Source: Nitrososphaeria archaeon
GTDB lineage: Archaea; Thermoproteota; Nitrososphaeria; JACIWG01
Length of the DNA: 64,000 nucleotides
Assembly (NCBI GenBank): GCA_963752255.1
Contig: CAVVXT010000010.1
Location: forward strand, 110,217 to 174,216
Direction of reading: 5' to 3'
The notes beneath the pieces are model-generated. The model did not search any database. It saw only the letters and a list, made by a program, of their open reading frames with translations, and was not told where the DNA came from. Both the position numbers and the translations under genes were made by a program. Each line of letters begins with the position of its first letter. Positions within the stretch are counted from its first letter, which is position 1. This document shows, in pieces, positions 52,187 to 63,851 of this stretch.

Positions 52187-55100
52187 TCAAATCCCCTCCA
52201 AAGTCTTCTTCCATATCCCCTTGAGACGCTTGATATCAGAATCAATAATGCAGCTTCCATTCAACCCTTTAATCTTAAGATTGAAGAGAACTAGTAACGG
52301 TCCCAACTCTTGCGAATTTGACGCCCCTCATCACCTTTTCGAATTCTCTTTTCCTGTTTGTTGGTACGGTTACTATAAATCGGCTGTTGGATTCTGAGAA
52401 TAGTAGAATATCATCCCTTTGTATTCTAAGACTGAGGGATCTTACTTAAGTCCACTTCCAAACCTAATCCACCCGCTAGACATGTAAACGCAAAGGCAAC
52501 ACCTAAACCGCCTAAGAGTAGGCGTGTGAATCGAATTCGCCAGCCCTTTTTCTGTTACCACACTGATTTTATTATATATTTCCTTAGCCTTCTTTAGATC
52601 AACCTTGGGCACTTTCTGCCCTACATAGGCTCGACCATCCCTCTTCTCCCCCATGTAGTGATAATATTCAGACCCACCGGTTTCGTTGAAGGTCTCGCCA
52701 ATGACGTAGACCAGATCACCAGGATTCTTCACGTCCATCGTTACAAGCTTTTTGACATCCGATATTTTTGCTCGGACAGAAAACATAAGTGTGGGTGGAA
52801 TGGAAACGATCTTCTCCACTTCCTTACCGTCAACTGATTCGCTGACCTTCCAAACATTCCTCATGCTGTCCTTACCGGAAATACATGGTACACCGAATGC
52901 AAGGCAGCAGTCAGCAAGAGCCTTATTTGCTCTCACCAGCTGTCCAAGCTTGTATTGTCCATCCTCGTTGTCCAGAGAAGAAATGTTCCAACAGAAGTTA
53001 TCCAAACCGTATAAAATATTCTCTTCATTTGGCAGTTTCCCTCCAGCTGCTATAACCCTTCTGATTGCTTCGTCAATTACGGACGCAACCATGTCGTATG
53101 TGTCTATTTCAGAATAATTTGGATTGATTCCTTCGGCTAATATAAGCCCCTCTTTGCTGCCATACTCCACATAGAATGCAGTAGCGTCACAAGGGATATC
53201 ACTCTCCTTTCCCACGAGCAGTTTGACCACGGATAACCCTTTAACCTCATGGTCGTACTGCCTAAGCTTGAACTCCTCCGAACAAATATTTAGTCTCGAA
53301 AGCATCTCCTCTAGGACTTTTTCTAGGCCTTTAGGTTCTGCAAATTCTGGCTCACTGTTTGACTTTTTTTTCCATACCGCTTTAAGTCTCATTCGTGGAA
53401 CTCCATTGTGCAGAAAACCTATGTCAAGATAGGCTACAGTTTTTTTACCGTACCTTATATGAAATTTGCCTGAATCAGTAAAACAGCCTAAAACCGTTGC
53501 CTCAACATCCATTGCCTTAGCGAGTTGCAGGAAATCATTCTTCTTTAATGGATCGACTGCGACCGTCATCCTTTCTTGAGCTTCTGAGACAAGGATCTCC
53601 CAAGGTTGGAGACCTTCATACTTTAATGGGACCTTCTCTAGGTCAAGATCGCAGCCGTCAGTGTGTTCAGCAGTCTCACCAACAGACGAAGAAAGCCCGC
53701 CGGCTCCGTTGTCAGTTATCCATCTGTAGAGCCCGCGATCCCTTGCTTCAAGCAGGAAATCGCTCATCTTCTTCTGAGTTAGCGGGTCACCTATTTGAAC
53801 CGCCTGTATTGGGGAATCCTTGTCTAATTCAGCTGAAGAAAACGTTGCACCATGTATTCCATCCTTTCCAGTTCTACCGCCGACTAATACTATTAAATCA
53901 CCCGGATAAACTTGCTTCGTGTGACTTGGTTCACCGTTGATTTTAACCGGCATCGAACCAACTGTCCCGCAGAAGACGAGCGGCCTAAACGTATATGGAA
54001 GACTAAAGAACTCTCTTCCCCTTGCCAAAGGGATGCCGCTTTGGTTTCCTCCGTCAATAACCCCTTTGTGTACACCATTTCTCACTATTCTGGGGTGGAG
54101 GACTCCAGCAGGCAGTTTTTGATCATAGAATGGATCTCCGAAACAGTAGCTGAATACGTTGAAAAGAAGCTTTGCCCCCTTACCTGTTCCCATCGGGTCC
54201 CTGTTAACGCCTACTATTCCTGTAATCGATCCACCGTAAGGATCTATAGCAGAAGGCGCGTTGTGTGTTTCAATCTTGTCCACAACGTTGATTCTTTCAT
54301 TGAATTTCACTACACCAGCGTTGTCATTAAACGAAGATACAACCCAAGGTATTTTTTCGCTTATCCTTTCGCTGGGACCTTTAATGTATTCGTTAAATAG
54401 GCTGTTAATGCGCTCCTTTTTTCCGGTTTCACAATCGAAATAGTCTATTACGGCGTTGAATATCTTGTGTTTACAGTGTTCGGCCCAAGTCTGAGCTATA
54501 GATTCGAGTTCTACGTCGGTTGGATTTTTTCCGAGCTCCACCTTCTTTCGCTGTTCAACGATTTCAGGTCTTGAAAAGTGTTCCTTGATTACCTGCATTT
54601 CTTCCAAGCTCAGAGAGAGGATCCCTTCCCTACTGATCTTCATCAATTCTCCATCGTCGACTTGAAGATCAAATTCTTTAACTTCAATTCTCCGACCAGA
54701 CCTGACCGCCGGAACCACTAAAGGTATCCCTTCTTTTTTGAGCTCTTCATAATTTTTGATCTTCAAGCTATTTATTACAGGGTTGGCGCCGGTGCTTGGA
54801 TTTGTTCCAAGGCAGAATCTGCTTATCTTTTCAACTTCTTCCCTGCTTAAATGTCCGCCTTTAATAAAATATTGAACTGACGTGTAAATGCCTTCTTTTT
54901 CCGTAAACTTCCTTCCCAAAAGTTCTTCTGCCGCATACTTTGAAGTCCTCCCAACATTGTCGGTGACACCTGGCTTATATCCGACGACCACTAACCAGTC
55001 AAAATTTGAATCTTTACCGCCAACATCAGAAGAAACCAATTCGATTACATTGTCGATGAACAATTTTTTTTCTAGCACATTTATTTCTTTAGGTGTCAGC

Positions 55101-55240
55101 TTCGCATCTATCGTGTAAGATTGCCTTGTTCTAACTGAATCAAGCTTTATTTTAAAAATGTCTTCTATGAACGATTTAACATTTTTTCCTCTGATGTCAA
55201 GTTCATCTGACAGCGCATTGACATTTATCCGGCATATCAT
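52187..55240 (-). CDS. purL: FGAM synthase PurL with N-terminal PurS-like extension (C-terminal frameshifts)
   Basis: PGVTDNVG, QTWAEHCKHK, ETHNAPS, DNGAGG, SEAQERM, SGKDSM; continues LFSESNSRF to a stop at 52187. Confidence 0.93.
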
Positions 55241-55284
55241 TTAGAAGCCTCCCAACTTTGGAAGATCTAGAAATTTCAATTTGG

Positions 55285-56646
55285 TTACCTTTCAAATGAT
55301 ATTAATTTTTCAGCTTGGTGCGCAACGTCCTCCGCAATCTTCCTAGCGCAGCTAATGTCCTTGTGGAAACCTACAGCTAAGCCCATTCTTCTCTGCGGGT
55401 AAGCGTCCGGTTTACCAAAGTACCATATGTCACCATCGTATCCTTTCTCTTCGACGTAGGTTCTTATCCCGTTTAGGTCAAAGTTGTTAACACGATATTT
55501 CTTGTCTTCATTGAAGCCTTCAGCTAGTACTACGTGTGCCACACCGTATCCTGTCCTAGAGATTTTTAGATCGAATGGAGTTATCTGAAGTCCAATGCTT
55601 GAGAAGAGCATCATGGCTCCTTCATCCATGTTCAACATCCACCTCGTAATCATGCCCGTGTCATGGGGCCTATTAGCGACTTCGTTATTGTACACGACGT
55701 CGTCTATGACGAAAAGCTCTAACGCGAAAACGCCTAATCCTCCTATGAATTCAGCGATCTTTTTCACGCTTTCTTGACAAACCTTTCTTGCCTTATCCGA
55801 TATGTCGGATGGAAGCCAACTTTCATGGAAAGTGGCGCCTGGTCTTTTGTGCTCTACCGGTGGAGCTATGGAAGTAACAATCCTGTGACCTGAATCGAAG
55901 TGTCTTACGGCTATCTGGGTAATTTCGGTTCCCTTAACGTTCAACTCTGGCAGATACCTCTCAACTATAACTTCATCCCCCCTTCCTCTAGCGTGTTTTA
56001 AAGAATGCTCGTAAACTGATTCCAACTGCTCTTCTGTCTTCACTATTGTTGTTCCGTGTCCGCTTGAGGTCATAACTGGTTTTACGATTACGGGCAAGTT
56101 AAAGTCTTTAGCAACGCCTTCTATATCACGCTGACTTTTTGCATAGCACCAATCAGCCCTAGACAGCTTCAGTTTATCAAACATGAGCTTTGTCAGATGT
56201 CTATCCATACAGATTAAGGGTCCGAAGGGTGTGGACATGACCTTGTACCCTTCGTCAACACCCATTTTGCATACCCTTCTTGTATCCGCTTTTTCTACCT
56301 CTAAGTAAATGGCGTGTGGCTCAGATGGGTCAGGTACAAATTTTTTGATGTTCTCTTCAAGTTTGTCCCCATCCATCATGTTGAACACTTTTCCATTATC
56401 GGCGACATCCTGCGCTGGAAAACCTTCGTATGTATCGAATGCAGCCGTTTTTACCCCACCATTGACGCCTCCCAGCTGTCTTTTTGAAGCCGTAATCGCT
56501 AAATCTCCTAGTTCCCCGCCACCCACAGATATGAATTTAAATGGTTTTTGAGGATTCAATCCTAAAGTTGGTTCCAGTTTCTTTTCAAACTCGCGCTTAA
56601 ATCTTTCAGCTTCTGTGAGAACCATTAATCTTTCTTCTAATTCCAT
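55285..56646 (-). CDS. purT: Formate-dependent GAR transformylase
   Basis: GGGELG, KPVMTSSGHG, EVANRPHDTG, FGKP...RRMG. Confidence 0.9.
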   Translation of the reverse strand: MELEERLMVLTEAERFKREFEKKLEPTLGLNPQKPFKFISVGGGELGDLAITASKRQLGGVNGGVKTAAFDTYEGFPAQDVADNGKVFNMMDGDKLEENIKKFVPDPSEPHAIYLEVEKADTRRVCKMGVDEGYKVMSTPFGPLICMDRHLTKLMFDKLKLSRADWCYAKSQRDIEGVAKDFNLPVIVKPVMTSSGHGTTIVKTEEQLESVYEHSLKHARGRGDEVIVERYLPELNVKGTEITQIAVRHFDSGHRIVTSIAPPVEHKRPGATFHESWLPSDISDKARKVCQESVKKIAEFIGGLGVFALELFVIDDVVYNNEVANRPHDTGMITRWMLNMDEGAMMLFSSIGLQITPFDLKISRTGYGVAHVVLAEGFNEDKKYRVNNFDLNGIRTYVEEKGYDGDIWYFGKPDAYPQRRMGLAVGFHKDISCARKIAEDVAHQAEKLISFER

Positions 56647-56700
56647 ACTATCACGTTTTCCTCAATGGAATATGCTCGATTATTAAGCCTTGTCATTTTT

Positions 56701-58333
56701 CTAGGCACCATCCTGATCCAATGTTCTTCCCCAATCAACGTGCGTCTTTCTGTATCTTTTATTTTTAAAAAATATCTTTTTCTGTTCTTCATAGACGCTT
56801 CTTTCAGCTTCTTCTCTGGTCTTTCCTTCTCCAACTAGAACCATTGTCCTTCCACCTGAAGTGCAAAAGTCAAGTCCATCGCTCTTTAAAGCTTGTTTGA
56901 CATTTTGTTTCCTTAATGAAATACCGGATCCGAATATTTGGACACCGGTGATCTTATCGATGCCTGTAATAGGCTGGTTAGTTAAATGCGGCCACGGATA
57001 CCCTAAATTCTGATCTTTGATGAACCCTATACCCTTTTCTGCTACGATTTCAAGATCTTCGTAATCGGCCTGATAGGTCCTTGGAATCCTACCACTTACA
57101 AGCGTAAGTCCAAATGTGTATGCGTTTTTCCATTTGATTTCAATTTGGTCAAGTTTATCTTCTTAGGTACGCATTTCCTATGTCGAAAAGGCTGGTCTCG
57201 ATCAGGGGCATTCTAAGTTCTGTCTCAGTGTCTCCGTCTCTTCCGTTGAATTCCGAGACCTTCCTGACCACCTTTCCGTTTTCTTTCACAAGCAGCAGCC
57301 CAAAATACCCAATACCCTTCCATTCACTTCCTGTTGTCTCTTTATACATTCTAAAAGTAGGTTTGACAATGGTTCCCATAACGTCTTCTACGCTTTCTTC
57401 GTTCATCCAAGGCGATTGTGCGACACCTACCATACCACCAGTATTTTGATTAATAGTCAACGGGATTACGTTTTCAAATTGCTTGGAAGTCGGCCCAAGT
57501 TTTTGGAGGCTTTTATAGTATGTGTTGACAAATTTTCGGAAAAAATTTAGGTCAGGAGAATTCTCATCGTACGCTTTTTTGTCTTCACAAGCCGTTCCAA
57601 ACGATGTCATGGTCTTTTCATTCTTTAGAACAAAGAAACTTTCTTCCCCCAAAACCTCTAATCTCTCGTCAATTTCGATGTTTCCGTTATTCGGATCAAG
57701 TATACATTCGCCAATTCTTCTTTCGTTCATTATAGCTCTAACAGCCCATCTTGCCTGATCTCGAGAGCCGCAGACTATTGAACCCTTCCCCTCAGCATAG
57801 CCATCGTATTTCACTACAACATTCTTTTTATCGTTATACATCTCATCAACAAAGTCAAGAGCGGCTTTGAAGTCGTTTGGGTAACGGAAGTTTCTGTGCC
57901 TGGGAATTGGAACGTTCGCTTTTTTCATAAGGTCTTTTTGCCAGCATTTGCTCCCTTCCAACTTCATACAGTGCTTCAAAGCTCCGATTATGCAATTCAC
58001 CCCAATTTCTATACCTTTGTCCACTATTCCCAAAGAAAGACAATCTTCAGGGCCTACCCAGATCTGTTTAATGCTCTTCTCATGCGCGAACGATAGAATT
58101 TCGTCTATTAGTTCCACCTTCTCGAGAGTTTTGTTGTCGTATTCCATCACCTGTTCTGAGGTTACCTTAACCTTTTTTCTGGGAAAATCCATCAGCGGTA
58201 TACATTTTGGAATCAGGTAGGTTCCAGCGTTGCCGGGGACGATGTAAACCCTGTCTATTCTTGAATCCTTTTGGAGAGCGAATCCTATGGAGTTTTCTCT
58301 CCCTCCTTTTCCTACAACTAAAACTTCAACCAT
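56701..58333 (-). CDS. purD: GAR synthetase (frameshift near 57155)
   Basis: GKGGRE, PGNAG, VGPE, LEGSK, NTGGM, EFNGRDGD; shifted frame has GYP and TSGGR and stops at 56701. Confidence 0.88.
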
Positions 58334-58366
58334 TACCTTCGAACTCCATAGCCTTTAAGACACTGA

Positions 58367-59839
58367 TCATTCGTAGATCCTCCCTTTTTCTTGGCAGCCT
58401 CTGCAGAACTTCTTCCATTTCCTGTCAATCAGTCTGTCAGCGTATGGAGTAGGATATTGACGTGTAATGCAGCCTAAGCACAGCTCGTCTTTTTTGAATC
58501 CACTGGCGTTTAGAAAACCTTCTAAACTCTGATAATGTAAGCTGTCAACGCCAATAACTTTGGCTATTTCTTCTTGAGTTTTGACGGCACCAATAAGCTC
58601 CTTGAAGGTTGCCATATCGATACCGTAGGGACATACGCTCACTATCTTCGGAAACGTAATGAAAAGGTGAACCTCTTTAGCGAAATTCCTGATTTCTCTA
58701 ATTATATTTCTGGTCGTGTCACCTCTTACGATGCTGTCGTCAACACAGCCTATCACCTTCCCCTTCAATCTTTCACCAACTATCGTAATCTTTCTTTGAA
58801 TTGTCTGAACTCTTTCTTCGGGAGCTTTTATAAATGCTCTTTCTGATACAAACTTGTCTCTTCTAACTGCACGCTCCCAAGGTATTCCGGTTTCCTCATG
58901 GAAGCCGTATGTCGCATCATCAGCGGTTTCAGGTATTGAAATAACGATATCCAACTTTTTAGTTACATCAGCATTCTCTCTTGCTAGGCTTCTTCCAAAT
59001 CCCTCTCTAGCTTTATAGATGTATTTACCGTTAGACAACAAGGATTCTGGTCTCGAAAAATAGGCTATTTCAAAGGAGCAGAACGCTTTCTTGCGTGATA
59101 CAAGCAGTCTTCTTCTTTGCACTCCGTTCTTATCGACGAGCGCACATTCGCCTGGCTCAATGAAAGAGTTAAAATCAAAGCCTCCCTTTTCAATAGCTGG
59201 AGTTTCGGAGGCAAAAACGTAATCGGTTTTGTCCTTTGCTATTCCATAGCATAGGGGTCTTATTCCATAAGCGTCTCTAAAAGCGAACAGGTCACCGTCA
59301 TGTAGCCCAACAATAGAATATGCTCCCTCTATCTGCTCCATGCAATTCTTGACAGCAGAAAAAATATCCCCTTTAGGAAGTTCTAGAATCAACTTCTTAT
59401 TAATCAGTTCAGTGTCAACGGACGTGGAAATAGGACCGAGCTTTGAAACAATTTCAGACTTTAGCTTGCCAGAATTCACTATGTTACCGTTATATGAAAT
59501 AGTAAGATTCACCTTGCTGTTTTGTTCAATAATAGGTTGAGAATCGTGCATTAAAGATTCTGGATCGGCTCCTCCAAAAGTTGTATACCTTGTATTTCCT
59601 ATCCCCGAACCACCTGGCAAGATCTGGGACAGGCTGATTCCCGCACTCTTCAGCTTCGAGTCTATCTGATCCAATGGTGGTACAAGACCCAGCGCCCCAT
59701 ATCCGAAAAAACCATTATGATAGGTCACTATTTTCCAAGACTGATGACCTCTATTGTTCAACGCCCTTATACCCCAATAAATGTCCAAGTATGTGGGATC
59801 ATCGTTTACGTTGAGTATCCCAAAAACACCGCAGCCCAA
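58367..59839 (-). CDS. purF: Amidophosphoribosyltransferase
   Basis: N-terminal CGVFG, RYTT, NGNI, YFSRP, DDSIVRG, CPYGID, CLGC. Confidence 0.95.
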   Translation of the reverse strand: MGCGVFGILNVNDDPTYLDIYWGIRALNNRGHQSWKIVTYHNGFFGYGALGLVPPLDQIDSKLKSAGISLSQILPGGSGIGNTRYTTFGGADPESLMHDSQPIIEQNSKVNLTISYNGNIVNSGKLKSEIVSKLGPISTSVDTELINKKLILELPKGDIFSAVKNCMEQIEGAYSIVGLHDGDLFAFRDAYGIRPLCYGIAKDKTDYVFASETPAIEKGGFDFNSFIEPGECALVDKNGVQRRRLLVSRKKAFCSFEIAYFSRPESLLSNGKYIYKAREGFGRSLARENADVTKKLDIVISIPETADDATYGFHEETGIPWERAVRRDKFVSERAFIKAPEERVQTIQRKITIVGERLKGKVIGCVDDSIVRGDTTRNIIREIRNFAKEVHLFITFPKIVSVCPYGIDMATFKELIGAVKTQEEIAKVIGVDSLHYQSLEGFLNASGFKKDELCLGCITRQYPTPYADRLIDRKWKKFCRGCQEKGRIYE

Positions 59840-59986
59840 TTATGATCCCCACGGCTTTTCCATGTTATTAGAAATAAAATGGGTACTATATTTATTTTTT
59901 TAACATGTTAATGTTAATTAATTGATTTTATTTTCACACAAATATTGCAGTGCCCACATGGTGATTAAACTCTTGTCATAAAATGA

Positions 59987-60859
59987 TTACATTACACTCT
60001 TAGTGTTTCTATTCACGAGGTAGATACCTGCTAGAACCAATGCGACCCCTATCACCTGATATATGTTCACTGTTTCTCCGAGAATAAACATGCCCAAAAC
60101 AAGGGCGATTACAGGGATCATGAGGCTAGAGGAGGACACTGTTGTGGCATCCTCGTTTTTCAATAGATAAAACCATAGAAAGAAAGCTAAAACGGTAGAC
60201 AGGACAGTTATATACGCCATTGAAGCGATATATGGCAGATCGGATACAAAATTGACACCACCCGATGCAAGTGCGAAGGGAAGCACTACGATTGAGCCTA
60301 TTGCCACTTGGGAGAAACTTATCCAGTACGGGTGAACGTCATCCGATATTTTTTTGTAGTAGACTATTGTGACAGCCCATAACAACGCACTGAGCAACAG
60401 AAATAGGATCGGTAGCCCTTCTCCTCCAGCGCTACCTATTCTTTCAAGATAGATCGTTCCTATACCCGCAAATCCAACCAGAACCCCAGCGACCTTTGTC
60501 CCCGTTATCTCATTCCTTAAAAAGACTGAAGATAGCCCGAAGACGAACAAAGGCTGTGTAAAAACAACCATTGAGCTTATGCCCGAACTTTCAGACACCA
60601 AACCGAGCATCATAAACATGACACTAAATGCGTATATTACACAGAGCACTATCACGTTGACGATAACCCTAGAGTCTTTGCGTATCCCACTCTTTAGGAA
60701 CAATACGAAGGGGGCAATCATGATAGCTGAAAAAAAGAACCTTTGGAAGAGGTAGTTTAGGGGGGTAACATAATTTAACCCTATCTTCATGTTAACCCAG
60801 TTCGCACCCCATATAACGACGACGATTAAGAGCATTATAGAATTCTTTAGACTTTTCAA
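59987..60859 (-). CDS. EamA/DMT family transporter
   Basis: About 10 TM segments; IWGANW, LGE motifs. Confidence 0.9.
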   Translation of the reverse strand: MKSLKNSIMLLIVVVIWGANWVNMKIGLNYVTPLNYLFQRFFFSAIMIAPFVLFLKSGIRKDSRVIVNVIVLCVIYAFSVMFMMLGLVSESSGISSMVVFTQPLFVFGLSSVFLRNEITGTKVAGVLVGFAGIGTIYLERIGSAGGEGLPILFLLLSALLWAVTIVYYKKISDDVHPYWISFSQVAIGSIVVLPFALASGGVNFVSDLPYIASMAYITVLSTVLAFFLWFYLLKNEDATTVSSSSLMIPVIALVLGMFILGETVNIYQVIGVALVLAGIYLVNRNTKSVM

Positions 60860-60930
60860 GCACCCGGGGACCCTAGATATGGCGCACCTGAGACCCCTTT
60901 ATTAAAATTCCCCTCTGCAATTTTAGTATT

Positions 60931-62185
60931 TTAGGTGGACACTATTTTCTTAACTCCCCACAAATTTATTGCAGCCTGAAGCTCTCCATGATCTTTTGCA
61001 TAATCTTCCAATGCTATTCCTTTCATATAAGCGTCTGCGGCTTGCATCATAGCCTTACTACCAGCTGTCAAGCTTGTCGGATGCCCTAAAATGCCTCCTC
61101 CTGCAAATAGACAAACATCGTTTCCTACAAGATTACATGAAGCAGGAAGATTTCCCGGATGGTTTGCAGCGGACAGGACTGGCATAGTAGGTTTAAAGTT
61201 ATGCCATACGGTTCTAAAGGTTACCATATGCCTTATCATTTCTGCTGGTGTGTAGTGGAACTTGCCTTCGATCGATCCAGCGTGCATTTCATCTGCTCCA
61301 GCCATTCTACCCAGCTTGGATATCAAAACAGCATCAAATCCGTGAAAAGGAGACCTAGAAATTGCTCCATGCCCACATCTATGAACATGGAGAGGAACCT
61401 TTATGCTAGGATCCTCAGCTAATCTCCTTATTCCTCCATAACCCGTGTAGGCATAGCAGACCATCAGATGGTTCCCGCCGTGATTGATCACGAAGTCAGC
61501 GGCGTCCATCATCTTATCTTGCCTATCCATTGTAATGTTAAAGGCGTACAGTGCTTTCTTGCCCGTTTCCGCTTTCGCTTTATCGAGGGCTTCCATTATC
61601 CTTACAACCCTCTCCTCTAGCGGACAGTACTTAGGGTTCACTAAAGCTTCGTCGTCCTTTAGTAAATCCACCCCTCCTAGCGCGATTTCATAGGCCATCT
61701 TAGCCATGGTCTTAGCGTCCAATCCAATGTTGGGCTTCATTATTGCTCCGATAACTGGCCTTCGATTACTCTTCGTCTGAGTCAATTCCCTAACACCCTC
61801 CAATCCAAATTTCGGCCCAGGAAAAGCTGATGCCCAAGTTTTAGGAAAATGTAGGTCCATAAGCTTAAGCTTATCAACAAAAGAGCAGATCGAATGCATT
61901 TCCCGCAATGTCTGCAAGAAGGTTCGCTAATCCGCCTGTTTCCGGGTCATAATTTTCTCCATTGATTGCTAACTGGATAACGTACATGTTCTCTTTGGCG
62001 TTGATGAGCTCAACTATTTTTGCACCATACTCCTTTCTAACTTGAGGAGTTTCATACGAGACAGGGGTCCATGTTCCCGTAGACTCTTCCACTGCCAATT
62101 CTTCAGCTACTCGTTTTGGTGGATATGGGCCTATTTCAGCCAAGAAAGTTGCAATAATGTACTTGTCAGGATCAAGTGCACCCAT
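60931..62185 (-). CDS. RuBisCO-like protein (form IV), frameshift near 61880
   Basis: EESTGTW, GPKFG, KPNIG, GVDLLKDDE, HVHRCG, GGGILGHP. Confidence 0.88.
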
Positions 62186-62765
62186 GTCCTCCCAAAGGAG
62201 TGCTCCTTAAATAGCCTTCAGAAATTTCTGACACAATATATCACAAATTCCAAACATAAATTCAATATTTAAAAGTTATGATGTTTTCACTTCTTCAAAT
62301 AATACTTGGTTCACTCTTCTTGAGCTGGATGGCATTAAAAAGGGATGTTTCTTTGATCAGCAACTGAAAGGAGACGAAACAATTTACCAGACTCTAAACT
62401 TCGTAAACGGACAGCAGAGTCTGATAGGTAAAACCACTGAACAATCGTATTTGGAAGACTTGAAAAAAGCAAATGCCAGGAGCCCTTGTCTTCAAAAATA
62501 GAAAAACAAACTTCTAAATTAGTAACCCCTAGGTTTTTTAAAGTAAATATTTAGAAGTTTAAACCTCGAAAGAGTTCTAGAGTTCTGCGAGAAAGAAGGT
62601 TACGACTTAGACCACCATTATATTGGAAAGTATGAATCTCTGTGGGAGCAGCCTGAACTTTTTCTTCGATTTAGACGATACAAAAATCAATTTAATTTGA
62701 CTTTTAGACGGCGGCTGGGAAACAAAAAACTTAAAAAACCACTTACAATAACCAACAAACACACT

Positions 62766-62840
62766 GCCCAGGTAGTATAGACTGGCCTAGTATGCATGGC
62801 TGTCACCCGTGCGACCCGGGTCCGAATCCCGGCCTGGGCG
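62766..62840 (+). tRNA. tRNA-Asp (GTC), no encoded CCA
   Basis: Acceptor GCCCAGG/CCTGGGC plus G discriminator, anticodon arm CATGG-CTGTCAC-CCGTG, T arm CCGGG-TCCGAAT-CCCGG; TATA-like CTTAAAAA upstream. Confidence 0.92.
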
Positions 62841-63143
62841 CTCCTTATGATGAAACAGGAAAAGTATCAAATATAAGGAAGAGATATTACGTTTAATTAC
62901 TTTAAATTTCATTACCTATCTCCTTTAATAAGTCTTTGAACCCCATTGGCTTCAATTCTCAGTAACTCTGATGGGAACTTTATTACATGAAGTTGTCTTT
63001 TTTTATCCATAGGTAGACTACCTTATTCGATGTACCAAGTAATCTTGCAATTTCACTAACTTTATGCAACCCTGTATGTATTTCTACCCTACGATTGATA
63101 GAAGTACAAAGTTTTTATAGCGAATAGTTAAAATTTCGCTAAC

Positions 63144-63701
63144 GTGTCCAGATGTGATTATTGTGGAGAAGAAGTAGAATTTCCTTTCAAATGTAATTAC
63201 TGCGGCTTGTACTTATGTGGAGATCATAGACTTCCGCCTTCACATAATTGCATAAACATTAAGGCTTGGGAAACAAGACCCCCACCTAAAAGTTCGAGAG
63301 AAACTAGAAAGTATTCTGAATCTGTTATTTATTCAACAATCCAATTATTATCGCAGGCAATTAAACTCCCTTCTTTCATAATAGCGGTAATATTATCTGT
63401 CATTGTATTGTTTTTGATGTTTCCGCTAGGAAATCCTATAATATATGGAACTCTTGCACTACACCATATTCCTGAAGGGTTTACCTTATTCTTTTTAGGC
63501 AGATGGTTCAAAGAAATCGGCTTTCCATGGCACTTTGTGCTCTTGATATGCATACTTGGTGCAGTTTTAGCATCGATTGGCTTAAGTAATTTTTATGCAA
63601 TAATTCCTGCGATGATCTTGCTTCTGCTCCTAGTGTTAGGTTTTATGGTCTCAAAGCAAAAAGTAACCATTTTTGGCACACATCTTGGTATATTCTCTTA
63701 G
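63144..63701 (+). CDS. AN1-type zinc-finger membrane protein
   Basis: CDYCG...FKCNYCG..LCGDHRLPPSHNC plus 3-4 TM segments. Confidence 0.8.
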   Translation: MSRCDYCGEEVEFPFKCNYCGLYLCGDHRLPPSHNCINIKAWETRPPPKSSRETRKYSESVIYSTIQLLSQAIKLPSFIIAVILSVIVLFLMFPLGNPIIYGTLALHHIPEGFTLFFLGRWFKEIGFPWHFVLLICILGAVLASIGLSNFYAIIPAMILLLLLVLGFMVSKQKVTIFGTHLGIFS

Positions 63702-63813
63702 GTTAATTTGCTTAATGGTCTCCTTTGTTGAATAAGGTCAAGACGGACTGTATTACAACGAATTGGGGAAGATTGTCTGTAACAAAACTTCTTTCATCAT
63801 ATCCTAATTGGAT

Positions 63814-63851
63814 TGGACCAGACGGGATTCGAACCCATTTGGGTATGAGCC
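63814..63851 (-). mobile_element. tRNA 3'-end fragment, att-like site
   Basis: Minus strand GGGTTCGAATCCCGTCTGGTCCA (T-loop plus acceptor 3' strand) with no 5' half. Confidence 0.65.

Noticed and set aside
56637-56834. 65-aa ORF between purD and purT
   Set aside because: Alternative frame of the purD C-terminus, which ends at 56701
8001-62185. Numerous frameshifts (USP, phoU, pstS, hsdR, hsdS, dpnI, purB, purL, purD, RLP) as programmed frameshifting, phase variation or mass pseudogenisation
   Set aside because: They hit unrelated and housekeeping genes alike with no shared slippery motif; long-read indel errors are the simplest explanation. Read polishing would confirm.
131-63553. Many short antisense ORFs in the ORF track
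   Set aside because: They overlap well-supported genes on the opposite strand and show no motifs
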